Positions 51,684-61,214 of a DNA stretch of 64,000 nucleotides are shown piece after piece. The first letter of the stretch is position 1. Each line of letters opens with the position of its first letter. The notes beneath the pieces were generated by a model. That model was not told the origin of the DNA. It saw only the letters and a program-made list of their open reading frames with translations, and ran no database searches. The translations under genes were made by a program, and so were the position numbers. Origin of the DNA: Bdellovibrionales bacterium (GTDB lineage Bacteria > Bdellovibrionota > Bdellovibrionia > Bdellovibrionales > UBA1609); contig DAHVQG010000011.1 of NCBI GenBank assembly GCA_027317865.1, positions 32,001 to 96,000 on the forward strand, in the 5' to 3' direction.

Positions 51684-52577
51684 ATGAAACAAACGGCACC
51701 GGCCAAATATAAATATTTACTCGAACGCGAACTCGTTCGACGTTGCGACGCGAACCCACGCTACTCACTACGGGCGATGGCCCGGGCCTTGAGATTGGCA
51801 CCCGGCGCGCTTTCGCAAATTTTGTCAGGCAAAAGAGTCCCCTCCTATAAAGTCGCGCAAAAGATTTTGACGTCCCTTGAACTCACCCCCGCCGAGCAAC
51901 GCGAGTTCGTCGAGTCACTCGCAGCGGTACAACGGTCGCGCGGTCTTGAGCGCTTAAACCCGGAGTTTCGGGTCAAAACTAAGGCCAACGATACAGGCAA
52001 GGGTGAAGACGTCGAACAACATAAGACCGCATTGAAAAAGGCGGCGAAATTGCGCGAGTTCGATAAAAACATGCGCTCACCAAAAGATTTGAGTCTCGAG
52101 CTGTTTCGCGTGATAGGCGATTGGTACCATTACGCCATCTTGTCGCTGACATACGTAAAAGGTTTTGATCCGAATCCGAACTGGATCGCCGCTCGGCTCG
52201 CCATTACTCCCCTTGAGGCCAAACTTGCGGTTGATCGCTTAATTGAGCTGGGCTTACTGAAATATAAAAACGGCAAACTCATTTGCTGGGAGGACTATTT
52301 TACGACGGCCGACAAACACATTACGAACTCGGCGCTTAAGCGCCATCACAAACAAATATTAAATAAATCACTTTATTCAATGGAAAACGACCCCATCGAA
52401 ATACGCAACCACTCCTCGATGACCATGGCGATCGACCCGGCCAAAATCGACGAAGCTAAGAAAATGATCGAAGAATTCACGCACCGTCTTACTGAGTTTT
52501 TAGAATCAGGCAAGCGCCTGCAAGTTTACGAATTAAATATAGGTTTATTCCCCTTACAAATAAGGAGCAACACATGA
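51684..52577 (+). CDS. TIGR02147 family regulator (HTH + DUF4423)
   Basis: NPRYSLRAMAR.L.L.PG.LSQILSGKR, F.VI.DWYHYAIL.L, WIA.RL.I, S.ALK.HH.Q, TMAID, VY.LN..LFPL. Confidence 0.9.
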   Translation: MKQTAPAKYKYLLERELVRRCDANPRYSLRAMARALRLAPGALSQILSGKRVPSYKVAQKILTSLELTPAEQREFVESLAAVQRSRGLERLNPEFRVKTKANDTGKGEDVEQHKTALKKAAKLREFDKNMRSPKDLSLELFRVIGDWYHYAILSLTYVKGFDPNPNWIAARLAITPLEAKLAVDRLIELGLLKYKNGKLICWEDYFTTADKHITNSALKRHHKQILNKSLYSMENDPIEIRNHSSMTMAIDPAKIDEAKKMIEEFTHRLTEFLESGKRLQVYELNIGLFPLQIRSNT

Positions 52578-53914
52578 AGCCACTTAATAAAATCGCGACA
52601 GCATTTGCCGCAAAAGCCTTTTGCGCGGCTGCCGTCTCGAGCGCAATTTTTGCTTGCGCAACACTCGTTAGCATCCCCGCCTTCGCCGGAGGCGCCCATG
52701 CCGGCGACGGCGTTTACGTCAACGGCCAGCTTAAGATGCGCGACTTTATTGAAACCAATAAAGCGAACGGTCTCGCCACAGGCGTTCAAAACAACAAAAA
52801 ATTTTTAGAAGACATGCCCGGCTTCATGCCGCTATTTAAAGAAATTGCGGCAGCCGATCCGGTTTTTGCCTTTGAGATCTGGAAGCAACTCAACGACGTG
52901 CGAATTTGGCTGATCCCGTCGAAATTACCGCTTTTGCCACTCGCCGACACGACCGTTGTGGGACCCAATCCCCAAGTACAAATCGCCATCCACTACAGCC
53001 ATGATATTATGATTTCAACGACGGCGTTGGCGCAATTGCCGCCAACGGAACGTCCGTACGAAATGATACACGAAGCTCTCCACGGGCTCATCCGCGGTAA
53101 TGGCCCGATACATGAGATGCGAGTCATGTTTATGACAAAATGGCTGCACGATCACCGCGGCCACTACACGACGGCGACTCTTGACGACGAACTCGCTCGA
53201 GTTGGAGTTAAAGATTCTAATTTCGCCATTGACAGCGCGGATATTTGGCATCTCAACGACTTCAACCGAGTGTTGTCTATCTATCTGCAACAGCTCGGTA
53301 CAACACAATCGTTGTGTCTATTGCGACAAACTCTCACCAAAGTAATGGATTATAATGTGAGTTTTATTGCATCTCTTTACGGTCCCGATAACTGCCCGGC
53401 TCAAGATCAAATCTCCGCGATCAAATCCTTTTCTCCGACCCTTGCTCATTTGTTAAACCAATTCGCTCCTTTTGATATTTCGAGCGACGTTTCAGGCGGA
53501 AATGTTCAGACGAGCAATATCGACATTGACGATCTCAGTCAATGGACGCCATCAAAGGCTGCTTGTCGTAGCAACGCGAACCCTGCGTTGAGTGGGACGA
53601 TCGAATCCGCCATATTAAAATATCAATCGTTAATTGCTCTGGCAAAGCAAGGCAAAAGAGTCCTGAATCGCATTCACAAGATGTTATATAGCAATTATAC
53701 ACAAGACCCAGCGCAAGTTGCAGCGGTCTATCTTTACATTACCGTGCCGCCTTTGCAGGGACTATTCGGTCAGTACTATACCCCCATAACTGTTAACCAC
53801 TTAAACAATCTCATTACAAAGTCACAAGAAATGATCAGCGGCCCCCTTGCGACCGCACAAGAATATCTAAAGAACAACATCACAATTTGTTTAAATAAAT
53901 ACGATCAGTACTAA
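52574..53914 (+). CDS. Secreted protein with Gly-rich N-terminus and HExxH motif
   Basis: AAGGAG RBS, ATG overlapping the regulator stop; signal peptide ending AFA then GGAHAGDG; QIAI....I.I......L......MIHEALH. Confidence 0.72.
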   Translation: MKPLNKIATAFAAKAFCAAAVSSAIFACATLVSIPAFAGGAHAGDGVYVNGQLKMRDFIETNKANGLATGVQNNKKFLEDMPGFMPLFKEIAAADPVFAFEIWKQLNDVRIWLIPSKLPLLPLADTTVVGPNPQVQIAIHYSHDIMISTTALAQLPPTERPYEMIHEALHGLIRGNGPIHEMRVMFMTKWLHDHRGHYTTATLDDELARVGVKDSNFAIDSADIWHLNDFNRVLSIYLQQLGTTQSLCLLRQTLTKVMDYNVSFIASLYGPDNCPAQDQISAIKSFSPTLAHLLNQFAPFDISSDVSGGNVQTSNIDIDDLSQWTPSKAACRSNANPALSGTIESAILKYQSLIALAKQGKRVLNRIHKMLYSNYTQDPAQVAAVYLYITVPPLQGLFGQYYTPITVNHLNNLITKSQEMISGPLATAQEYLKNNITICLNKYDQY

Positions 53915-53936
53915 GTATTGTGAACCCATTTTAGCC

Positions 53937-53971
53937 GCGCTCCTAAATTTTTATTTAGGAGCGCGCATTTT
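53937..53971 (+). terminator. Rho-independent terminator
   Basis: GCGCTCCTAAAT / ATTTAGGAGCGC perfect 12-bp stem, short T-tract. Confidence 0.7.
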
Positions 53972-53986
53972 GGCACGGTAACTGCA
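53970..53986 (+). promoter_or_regulatory. Sigma54 (-24/-12) promoter
   Basis: TTGGCACGGTAACTGCA versus consensus YTGGCACGNNNNTTGCW. Confidence 0.65.
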
Positions 53987-54033
53987 ATCTCCTCGCTTAT
54001 GCAAAACAATAAGACAGCAAGGAGCCAAATAAA

Positions 54034-54372
54034 ATGCAGCCGCAAGAATTCGATTTACCACCGCAACAAATTTCGTCCGGCTTTTCGGATTTATTGTACG
54101 AATTTAGGGACAGAACGCGGACGTCAACGAAGGTTGACGAAATTGATTTAAAATTCCGAACTTCGGACATTTACTTTTACACTTGCGAAGTGGGCAACAA
54201 ATATTTGATGATGCTGGCGGTGTACAATCGTCTGCACGGATCATGGCGATATTTTCTAAAATCCGGACTACCGGCGCGAAATTTGGTCAAACATTTTTGC
54301 GAAAAATATGGGTTTGAGGATGCCGCAAAACCGTTCCACGAACGGCGGCTAAACGAGGCCCATGCAACCTAA
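54034..54372 (+). CDS. Hypothetical protein
   Basis: AAGGAG RBS; 112-aa ORF downstream of the sigma54 site. Confidence 0.65.
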   Translation: MQPQEFDLPPQQISSGFSDLLYEFRDRTRTSTKVDEIDLKFRTSDIYFYTCEVGNKYLMMLAVYNRLHGSWRYFLKSGLPARNLVKHFCEKYGFEDAAKPFHERRLNEAHAT

Positions 54373-54390
54373 CGACAAATAGTCACGGCA

Positions 54391-54786
54391 TCATGACTGA
54401 GCCACGATTTCATTTACACGGGACACAATGTCTTTGATGGGCGTGCCGGGGCCGAAAACTGCGGCCACTCCCAAAGTCAGAAGTTCACTCGAATCGTCCG
54501 ACGGGATAATTCCACCAACAAAAATCGGCTTTGTTACTTTATGCTTTTTAAACAAGCGTTGAATTTCTGTCACAAGCGGCAAATGCGCGCCCGACAAGAT
54601 CGATAACCCAACAATGTCGACATCTTCTTGAATCGCCGCAGTCACGATCATTTCGGGAGTTTGATGAAGGCCGGTGTAGATAACTTCGAATCCCGCGTCA
54701 CGAAGACCTCGCGCGACAACTTTGGCGCCGCGGTCATGGCCATCGAGTCCGGGTTTTGCTATAAGCACTCTTTTAGGAATGAACAT
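54391..54786 (-). CDS. Cobalamin-binding domain protein (methylmalonyl-CoA mutase small subunit-like)
   Basis: AKPGLDGHDRGAK, GFEVIY.GL.QTPE, SILSGAH, GGIIP, F.PGT. Confidence 0.93.
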   Translation of the reverse strand: MFIPKRVLIAKPGLDGHDRGAKVVARGLRDAGFEVIYTGLHQTPEMIVTAAIQEDVDIVGLSILSGAHLPLVTEIQRLFKKHKVTKPIFVGGIIPSDDSSELLTLGVAAVFGPGTPIKDIVSRVNEIVAQS

Positions 54787-54887
54787 AGTTGCAGTTTAAG
54801 ATATAAAAAGGTGTCTGGCATCCTTTTGTAACGCAGATGCGAAACGGGCACACGGCAAGTCAACTGACATCGCCAAGGAGCACAACA

Positions 54888-56045
54888 ATGAGCGAAATCA
54901 GCGTAAATCCCCTAACAGTTCTAACTGAAGACGAAGTCGCGTTCAAAGAAGCTGTGCGCGAATTTGCCGAAAATGAAATTCGCCCCCTTGTCGCAAAAAT
55001 GGATCACGAAGCAAAGATGGACCCAAACCTTGTCAAAAAACTTTTTGAAATGGGAGTTATGGGCATTGAAACTCCCGAAAGATGGGGCGGCGCCGGTTCG
55101 ACTTTCACTATGGCGTGCCTTGCCGTTGAAGAATTAGCTCGCGTCGATGGCTCCGTGAGCGTCATGGTCGACGTGCAAAATACGTTGGTCACGAATGCTC
55201 TACTCAAATGGACCAATGATCAACAAAAAGATAAATATTTGCCGCTTCTCGCACAAAAATGGGTGGGAGCATATTGTTTAAGTGAAAGCTCGTCGGGTTC
55301 GGATGCCTTTGCGCTCAAACTGCGCGCCGAAGATAAAGGTGATCACTATTTACTCAACGGCCACAAACTTTGGATCACGAATGCTAATGAAGCCTCGCTC
55401 TATCTTGTATTTGCCAATATTGACCCGAGCAAAGGCTACAAAGGCATAACCGCTTTTATAGTGGAGCGTGAATTCTCTGGTTTCAAAGTAGGCAAGAAAG
55501 AAGACAAACTCGGCATCCGCGCGAGTTCGACTTGCGAGTTGATTTTTGAAAACTGCCGCGTCCCTAAAGAAAATGTAGTTGGTGAAATCGGCAAAGGTTA
55601 TAAAATTGCCATCGAAACGTTGAATGAGGGCCGCATCGGTATCGGCGCGCAAATGCTCGGAATTGCCGAAGGTGCGTTTGAAGCAACCGTCAAATACATT
55701 AAATCGCGCGAACAGTTTGGCAAGTCCCTTGCACAATTTCAAGGAGTGCAATTTCAAATCGCCGAAATGCGCACCCAACTCGAAGCGATTCGACTAATGG
55801 TTAACAATGCCGCTCGTCTCAAAGACGCACATAAAGACTTTTTACGCGAAGCTGCGATGGCAAAGTTATTCGCGTCACGCGCTGCCGAAAAAATATGTTC
55901 CATCGGGGTCGACCTTTTTGGCGGCAACGGTTTTACAAAAGAATACCCCATCGAAAAGTATTACCGCGATGCCAAAATCGGACAAATTTACGAAGGCACT
56001 TCGAATATGCAGCTCCAGACCATCGCTAAGATGGAATTGGGGTAA
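54888..56045 (+). CDS. Acyl-CoA dehydrogenase (short/branched-chain type)
   Basis: GAYCLSE..SGSDAF, KLWITNA, KLGIRASSTC, GRIGI, RDAKIG.IYEGTSN; AAGGAG RBS. Confidence 0.92.
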   Translation: MSEISVNPLTVLTEDEVAFKEAVREFAENEIRPLVAKMDHEAKMDPNLVKKLFEMGVMGIETPERWGGAGSTFTMACLAVEELARVDGSVSVMVDVQNTLVTNALLKWTNDQQKDKYLPLLAQKWVGAYCLSESSSGSDAFALKLRAEDKGDHYLLNGHKLWITNANEASLYLVFANIDPSKGYKGITAFIVEREFSGFKVGKKEDKLGIRASSTCELIFENCRVPKENVVGEIGKGYKIAIETLNEGRIGIGAQMLGIAEGAFEATVKYIKSREQFGKSLAQFQGVQFQIAEMRTQLEAIRLMVNNAARLKDAHKDFLREAAMAKLFASRAAEKICSIGVDLFGGNGFTKEYPIEKYYRDAKIGQIYEGTSNMQLQTIAKMELG

Positions 56046-56300
56046 GCAGCCGCTACTTGTTTACTGCAATGCATTCCGCATTCATAGCGGCAATTTTCTT
56101 CATGGAGCCTTCGCTCACGAATTTGACACTCGCTTATTACTTCGACGCTTCAAAATGAGACTGTAAAACCCAACCTACGAAAATCACTGAAAAGTGCCGA
56201 TGGTGTAGGTGTTGCATACTATTATAGTTGGGGATGTGCGGCAGCCAGATTCGTGCGGTTTAACACTCTATTAGGCTGCCTGCGCACAAGGGGAATACAA

Positions 56301-57365
56301 ATGCAAGTCTCATCTCGATACACATTAACTATCGCCTCAGTTGTCGCAGTGACGACGCTTGCCCTGTTTAACAATTGCGGGCAGGTGAAATTCAGTTCGA
56401 CTCCGAACGCAAATCAACAATCTCCTAGCGCACAAGGTACGACAACCCCGACGACCAGCAATAACGGCGGCGGCACAACCTCAACTCCGCCACCACCAGT
56501 AGTTTGCAACCCGTTCGGTGGGGGCGGCTCTGCAACTTCAACTGAAGGGCTTGAAGCAAATGACGTATATTACGTGGATCAATCACAAATCCCGCCCGTT
56601 CCGGCGAATGACTCGTCATGGTCGTGGAATTCAACATACATTTCAAATGCCATCCAAAACTCGGTCGAAAATTTGCTCAATCCGGTAAATATTGTGACGG
56701 CCTCAGGCGCGCCACTCATACTTTCTTCGGCAGTAAATCTATTTTTACCCGACATCAATTACCCCGACATGTACTTCACACAAGGTTTCGTCAACGCGGC
56801 AAATGGTCAGGCTTTGCAAGATGCCAGCGGCAATACTTTAACAAGTTACTTTGGTTTTCGCCTTAAAAGTAATTTTGTCGCGGGCAATTGGGCTCCTGGC
56901 GATTATCAAATCGCGATACTTTCGGATGACGGGTCGATTCTGACTATGACCGGCGCCGCGAGCGACGGTTCAAATTTTGTCATTAACGACGACGGTTTTC
57001 ACTCAATGCAAATGGCCTGTTCGACACAGACGATTCACGTTACGGCGAACTCCGAGTTCCCGCTTACGTTTGATTACATGCAGGGACCGCCTATCACTAT
57101 TGGCATGATCATGCTCTATCGCCCGGTTTCAGTTGCCGGCACTGCGCAGGATCCTCTTTGTGGTCAGGGTGGCGGCAGCGATTCGTATTTTTTCTTAGAT
57201 CACAACGGTTCAACGCCGATTAATCCATCCGAACCGCAAGCGCCGTACTTACAATTAACTGGCCCGTTTAACCCATCCACCGGTTCCGGCGGCTGGGCGC
57301 CAGTCGAAGCGAATCACTTTGTGCTACCGTCAAACAATACCAATCCGTGCGCCGGTACCGATTAA
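56301..57365 (+). CDS. Lipoprotein with PA14-like domain
   Basis: FNNC lipobox, Thr/Pro linker, F..GF....G, YFG.R, GDYQ.AILSDDG, DY.QGP. Confidence 0.75.
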   Translation: MQVSSRYTLTIASVVAVTTLALFNNCGQVKFSSTPNANQQSPSAQGTTTPTTSNNGGGTTSTPPPPVVCNPFGGGGSATSTEGLEANDVYYVDQSQIPPVPANDSSWSWNSTYISNAIQNSVENLLNPVNIVTASGAPLILSSAVNLFLPDINYPDMYFTQGFVNAANGQALQDASGNTLTSYFGFRLKSNFVAGNWAPGDYQIAILSDDGSILTMTGAASDGSNFVINDDGFHSMQMACSTQTIHVTANSEFPLTFDYMQGPPITIGMIMLYRPVSVAGTAQDPLCGQGGGSDSYFFLDHNGSTPINPSEPQAPYLQLTGPFNPSTGSGGWAPVEANHFVLPSNNTNPCAGTD

Positions 57366-57391
57366 TTTTTGATACAGGGGGAGAAGATTTT

Positions 57392-58195
57392 ATGATTAAC
57401 AAACTTATTATCATAGGGGCCTGCGTGACCATCATCTTGCTCTTTCAGAACTGCGCGAAAAACCCAAATCTAAATCTGAATTCCCAAACTAGCGCGAGCA
57501 TGAGTCCAACCCCGAATTTGTCGGCTTGCTCACAAACAGCGGCACCGCAATTTCAAGCAACACCGCAAAACGTCAGTGTAACTGCCGGTCAACCCGTGAA
57601 TGTAACAGTCGCAGTTTCACCCACTAATAATTTAACGTTTGCTTGGCAGCTCAACGGAGTCGGCATTAACGACACGACCAATACACTGTCGATAGCATCG
57701 GCGACCTCCGCTGACTCCGGGCAATACACCCTTACCGTATCAAGCCCCTGCTACCCTTCTATCAACACAAGCTTTACTGTGACCGTTTCAGCACCTGCGG
57801 CTGCGGTCGCGGCACCGGTCATCACTTCCGCACCGGCAAACGTCGCGGGAGTCTACAATGTCAATTTGAATCAATTTTTAGTTCCAGCAGACACAACATC
57901 GCCGTTTAATACCGTCACGTTTAGCGTTGCGGCAACCGGCGCAAACCTGGCTTATCAATGGTACCATATCGATTCGTCAGGTACTGTTTCAGCAATCACC
58001 GGTGCCACCCAACCCACCTACACTTTTAACTTAAATTCGTTTGGTGAAGGTGGAACATATAAAGTCGTCGTTTCAAATTCGGGAGGCTCAACTTCCGCAC
58101 AAGCTCAACTCACGGTGACTCTCCGAAATATAACGACCACCCGATGTAATTTGCAGCAACGCGGAATGCGAATTGCCGATTGCTATCTACCATGA
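57392..58195 (+). CDS. Lipoprotein with two Ig-like domains
   Basis: FQNC lipobox; P.N.SV.AG, WQLNG..I, ADSG.Y...VS, YQWY, G.Y.VVVSN..G. Confidence 0.8.
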   Translation: MINKLIIIGACVTIILLFQNCAKNPNLNLNSQTSASMSPTPNLSACSQTAAPQFQATPQNVSVTAGQPVNVTVAVSPTNNLTFAWQLNGVGINDTTNTLSIASATSADSGQYTLTVSSPCYPSINTSFTVTVSAPAAAVAAPVITSAPANVAGVYNVNLNQFLVPADTTSPFNTVTFSVAATGANLAYQWYHIDSSGTVSAITGATQPTYTFNLNSFGEGGTYKVVVSNSGGSTSAQAQLTVTLRNITTTRCNLQQRGMRIADCYLP

Positions 58196-58200
58196 CGCGC

Positions 58201-58224
58201 GCCTAACGTGCTTGCGCGTTAGGC
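58201..58224. terminator. Hairpin after the Ig-domain gene, overlapping the next promoter
   Basis: GCCTAACG / CGTTAGGC inverted repeat; no U-tract. Confidence 0.35.
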
Positions 58225-58246
58225 CGACCAGCGGCAACATCACGTC

Positions 58247-59908
58247 ATGTTGCCAAAAAAATACCAACCCGAAATAGATCTGAAAAAATTAATTGTTCAA
58301 GCCGGCGCAACCGCAAACGACGAAACCGTTCCACTTGATGTCTTGTTCGTCGGTGGCGGCCCGTGCGGATTAGCCGGCGCCATACGTCTTGCACAACTCG
58401 CACAACAAAACGGCATGGCTGAGCTACAAATCGGCGTACTTGAAAAAGCGGCGAATCTCGGTGCTCAAACGCTTTCTGGAGCGGTGATTAACCCGCGGGC
58501 ATGGCGCGAACTCTTCCCCTATATGCCTGAAACCGAATATCCATTCCGGCGAAAAGTCGAAGGCGAAGCCGTGTATTTTCTCAACGAAACCGGCCAAATG
58601 CGTATTCCCACGCCGCCCACGATGCGCAACCACGGTAACTATTCGGCCTCGCTTTGCGAGGTTGTTCGCTTCATGGGCAAAAAAGCCGAAGAACTTGGTG
58701 TGAACATTCTGACGAGCTTCCCGGCAGACGCTTTGCTTATGAACGGTACATCTGTGCTCGGCGTGCGAACGACGCCCGCCGGCCTTACGCGCGATGGTCA
58801 ACCTGGCTCGCAATATATGCCGCCGACCGATATCACGGCCAAAGTCACCGTGATTTGTGACGGAACCCGAAGCGCCCTGTCTCAGGCCTATCAAAAATGG
58901 CAACAAATCGAATCGGAGCATCCACAAATTTACGCGCTCGGGGTCAAAGAAGTTTGGCATGTGAAAAAAGCGCCGAAAGAAATTATTCACACGATGGGTT
59001 TTCCGTTGCCGCTTGATTGTTTTGGCGGCAGTTTTCTTTACCCGATGGCCGATGACCAAATCGCCTTCGGATTAGTCGTAGGACTTGATTACAAACCCGC
59101 GCAACTCGACACCCACAAACTATTGCAACGGTTGAAGCGCCATCCGCTTTTTGCGCAATTTCTCGAAGGTGGAGAAGTGCAAGAATGGGGAGCCAAAACC
59201 ATCCCCGAAGGTGGCTACAATTCACTGCCCAAACGTCTTCACGGTGACGGCGTAATTCTCGCCGGTGACGCCGCCGGATTCGTGAATGTCCCCGCCTTGA
59301 AGGGCATTCATTACGCCATGAAGTCAGGAATGCTTGCCGCCGAAACTATTTTTGCAGCCTTGAAAAATTCACCGGCCGAATCCACTGACACCCTGCCATC
59401 GTCAGCACTGAAATCGTACGACGAGGCAATTTTCTCTTCATATATAGCGCAAGACCTCAAAAAAGTTCGCGGAATGCGCCAAGCTTTTAAATCCGGTTTT
59501 TATCTGGGTGGCGTAAAAGCGGGCCTCATGACGTTAACTGGTGGTGCCTTCCCTGCGGCAACTCATGCCCACGAAGACGCCGATGAGCCGAAAACCGCCG
59601 GAGAATTTACTGTGAACGAGGCTCACGCTGTTTCGGGAATTAAAACATTGAGCAAAGTCGATGCGGTTTATTTGTCTGGCAACAAAACACGCGACGATAT
59701 TCCGCAACACTTAACAGTAGGCAAAGACATACCCGCCGAAGTAGCGGATATGTACGTCGCTCTTTGCCCGGCGGGAGTTTATGAACGGCGTGGGGATCAG
59801 CTTGTTGTAAATGCGCCGAATTGTGTCGATTGCAAAGCAACCGATGTTTTAGGGCCGAGATGGCAACCGCGCGAAGGCGGCTCGGGTCCAAATTATTCGC
59901 AGATGTAA
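58247..59908 (+). CDS. Electron transfer flavoprotein-quinone oxidoreductase (ETF-QO/FixCX-like)
   Basis: DVLFVGGGP.GL, LSGAV, GVKEVW, AKTIPEGG, GDAAG...P.LKGIHYAM.SG, CPAGVYE, NCVDCK, EGG.GP.Y. Confidence 0.9.
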   Translation: MLPKKYQPEIDLKKLIVQAGATANDETVPLDVLFVGGGPCGLAGAIRLAQLAQQNGMAELQIGVLEKAANLGAQTLSGAVINPRAWRELFPYMPETEYPFRRKVEGEAVYFLNETGQMRIPTPPTMRNHGNYSASLCEVVRFMGKKAEELGVNILTSFPADALLMNGTSVLGVRTTPAGLTRDGQPGSQYMPPTDITAKVTVICDGTRSALSQAYQKWQQIESEHPQIYALGVKEVWHVKKAPKEIIHTMGFPLPLDCFGGSFLYPMADDQIAFGLVVGLDYKPAQLDTHKLLQRLKRHPLFAQFLEGGEVQEWGAKTIPEGGYNSLPKRLHGDGVILAGDAAGFVNVPALKGIHYAMKSGMLAAETIFAALKNSPAESTDTLPSSALKSYDEAIFSSYIAQDLKKVRGMRQAFKSGFYLGGVKAGLMTLTGGAFPAATHAHEDADEPKTAGEFTVNEAHAVSGIKTLSKVDAVYLSGNKTRDDIPQHLTVGKDIPAEVADMYVALCPAGVYERRGDQLVVNAPNCVDCKATDVLGPRWQPREGGSGPNYSQM

Positions 59909-59947
59909 AAACGAATTGCGGTCGATTGCAAATTTTCAGACACCAAA

Positions 59948-60673
59948 TTAAATTTTTCGCGTGCGCTCGATGGCACGCGCTTTCATAAATTTCAACGCTT
60001 CAGCCGCCGCTTGCTTGTACGTCATAAAAATTCGTTTTGATGTCGCACGTGTCCACCCTTCAGCCTGATAGCGCCGCGCACTTGTAAATAATGGCGAGGG
60101 AACTCTTTTAAGGGGAACGCGCTTGCCATGGGCATGCCAAACAAATATATGATCTTCGCCATAAAGAGCGCTTTCGTCAAAACCGCCGATACGGTAAAAC
60201 AACGCGCGCGAGACCACAAAACCCTGATCGCCAAAGGGCAACCCTAAATAATGAGCGCGTAAATTTGCTCCTACCGAATTGAGAGCCGTCAGTTTCGGCC
60301 CGTCGTTTAAAAATTGAAGATCAAAATAATAAATGGCGTTTGAATCGGTTTGCAGGGCACAGCCCAACGAGTACAAAGACGAACGCGGAACTTTAGAATC
60401 GGCGTGCAAAAACCAAAAAATATTATTTTTCGCGTTTTTTGCCCCCGAATTCATTTGCACGCCCCGGCCAAGCGGCGAATACACGTACCGCACTGCCGGT
60501 AGCATATCGCGGCTCGCACGCGACAAAATGTCGCAGCTGGGCTCGTCGGGCCCAACTAATATTATTTCTGACCTTTTCGGTAAGGGCCGCAGATCTTGAA
60601 GTAAGTCTTTCCACTTTAGGTCGGAACCATGAAATGGCACAATGACGGAAATGTCGCGCAACGACTCCGTCAT
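59948..60673 (-). CDS. GT2 family glycosyltransferase (TIGR04283-like)
   Basis: ISVIVP, GR..QMN.GA, FLHADS, PFGDQG, GGF, ED, TSARRY; ATG 60673 overlaps the upstream stop. Confidence 0.85.
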   Translation of the reverse strand: MTESLRDISVIVPFHGSDLKWKDLLQDLRPLPKRSEIILVGPDEPSCDILSRASRDMLPAVRYVYSPLGRGVQMNSGAKNAKNNIFWFLHADSKVPRSSLYSLGCALQTDSNAIYYFDLQFLNDGPKLTALNSVGANLRAHYLGLPFGDQGFVVSRALFYRIGGFDESALYGEDHIFVWHAHGKRVPLKRVPSPLFTSARRYQAEGWTRATSKRIFMTYKQAAAEALKFMKARAIERTRKI

Positions 60674-61155
60674 AGATGCCTCGTTTTGTGCAATTTGGGA
60701 GGCGTCACAATGGCCACATATTGCCCGGAAAACTCGCAAGCGACCTTTCGATTACAAATGACTTGTGCTGTCACTTCTATGCGGGCTCTTTTATGCGCTC
60801 GCAACGTGCGCAAAAACCGCCCCACTTCGGACGGTCGCAAAGTCCGTGTTTGAACAATAAAATCGGCGGTCACTGGGCGGTGAAATTCAGAGTGTTCCCG
60901 CTGCAATACGACTTCAGAAGACATTTTATTGCTCGCTAATATTTGCATTAATAAAGACCATGACGCGAGCGCTTGAGCGGCTATTAGAGTCCCACCAAAA
61001 CCCGTCTTTTTGTGGTTTCGGTTGGGCTTAAGTGGCAAGGCAAACCGAATGCTCTTCGAACTGCATGCGCGAACTCGAATGCCCATTTGCTTTGATAGCG
61101 GAATTTGCGTCTCTAAAACGCGCTGTAACGACAAACTACTGTTCATTGGGCCCAT
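60670..61155 (-). CDS. Hot-dog fold thioesterase (YiiD C-terminal-like)
   Basis: IPLS..MG, PL.PN.NH..T.FGG, F..PV..DF, F.G.YVA; real start may be ATG 61146. Confidence 0.85.
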   Translation of the reverse strand: MGPMNSSLSLQRVLETQIPLSKQMGIRVRACSSKSIRFALPLKPNRNHKKTGFGGTLIAAQALASWSLLMQILASNKMSSEVVLQREHSEFHRPVTADFIVQTRTLRPSEVGRFLRTLRAHKRARIEVTAQVICNRKVACEFSGQYVAIVTPPKLHKTRHL

Positions 61156-61214
61156 CCTCCTGTAAGATTCCTTTCTTGTCTAGGCCCTATCTGGCAAATT
61201 ACGGGAGGCTTTTC

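Noticed and set aside
54835-54875. c-di-GMP-I riboswitch (GAAA...GGGCA...GCAAG)
   Set aside because: Element order and stems do not fit GGCAAAC..GAAA..GACGCAAAG, and the spacer is too short.
59948-60673. Arsenosugar biosynthesis cluster
   Set aside because: No radical SAM, ArsM or partner genes adjacent; only the glycosyltransferase is present.
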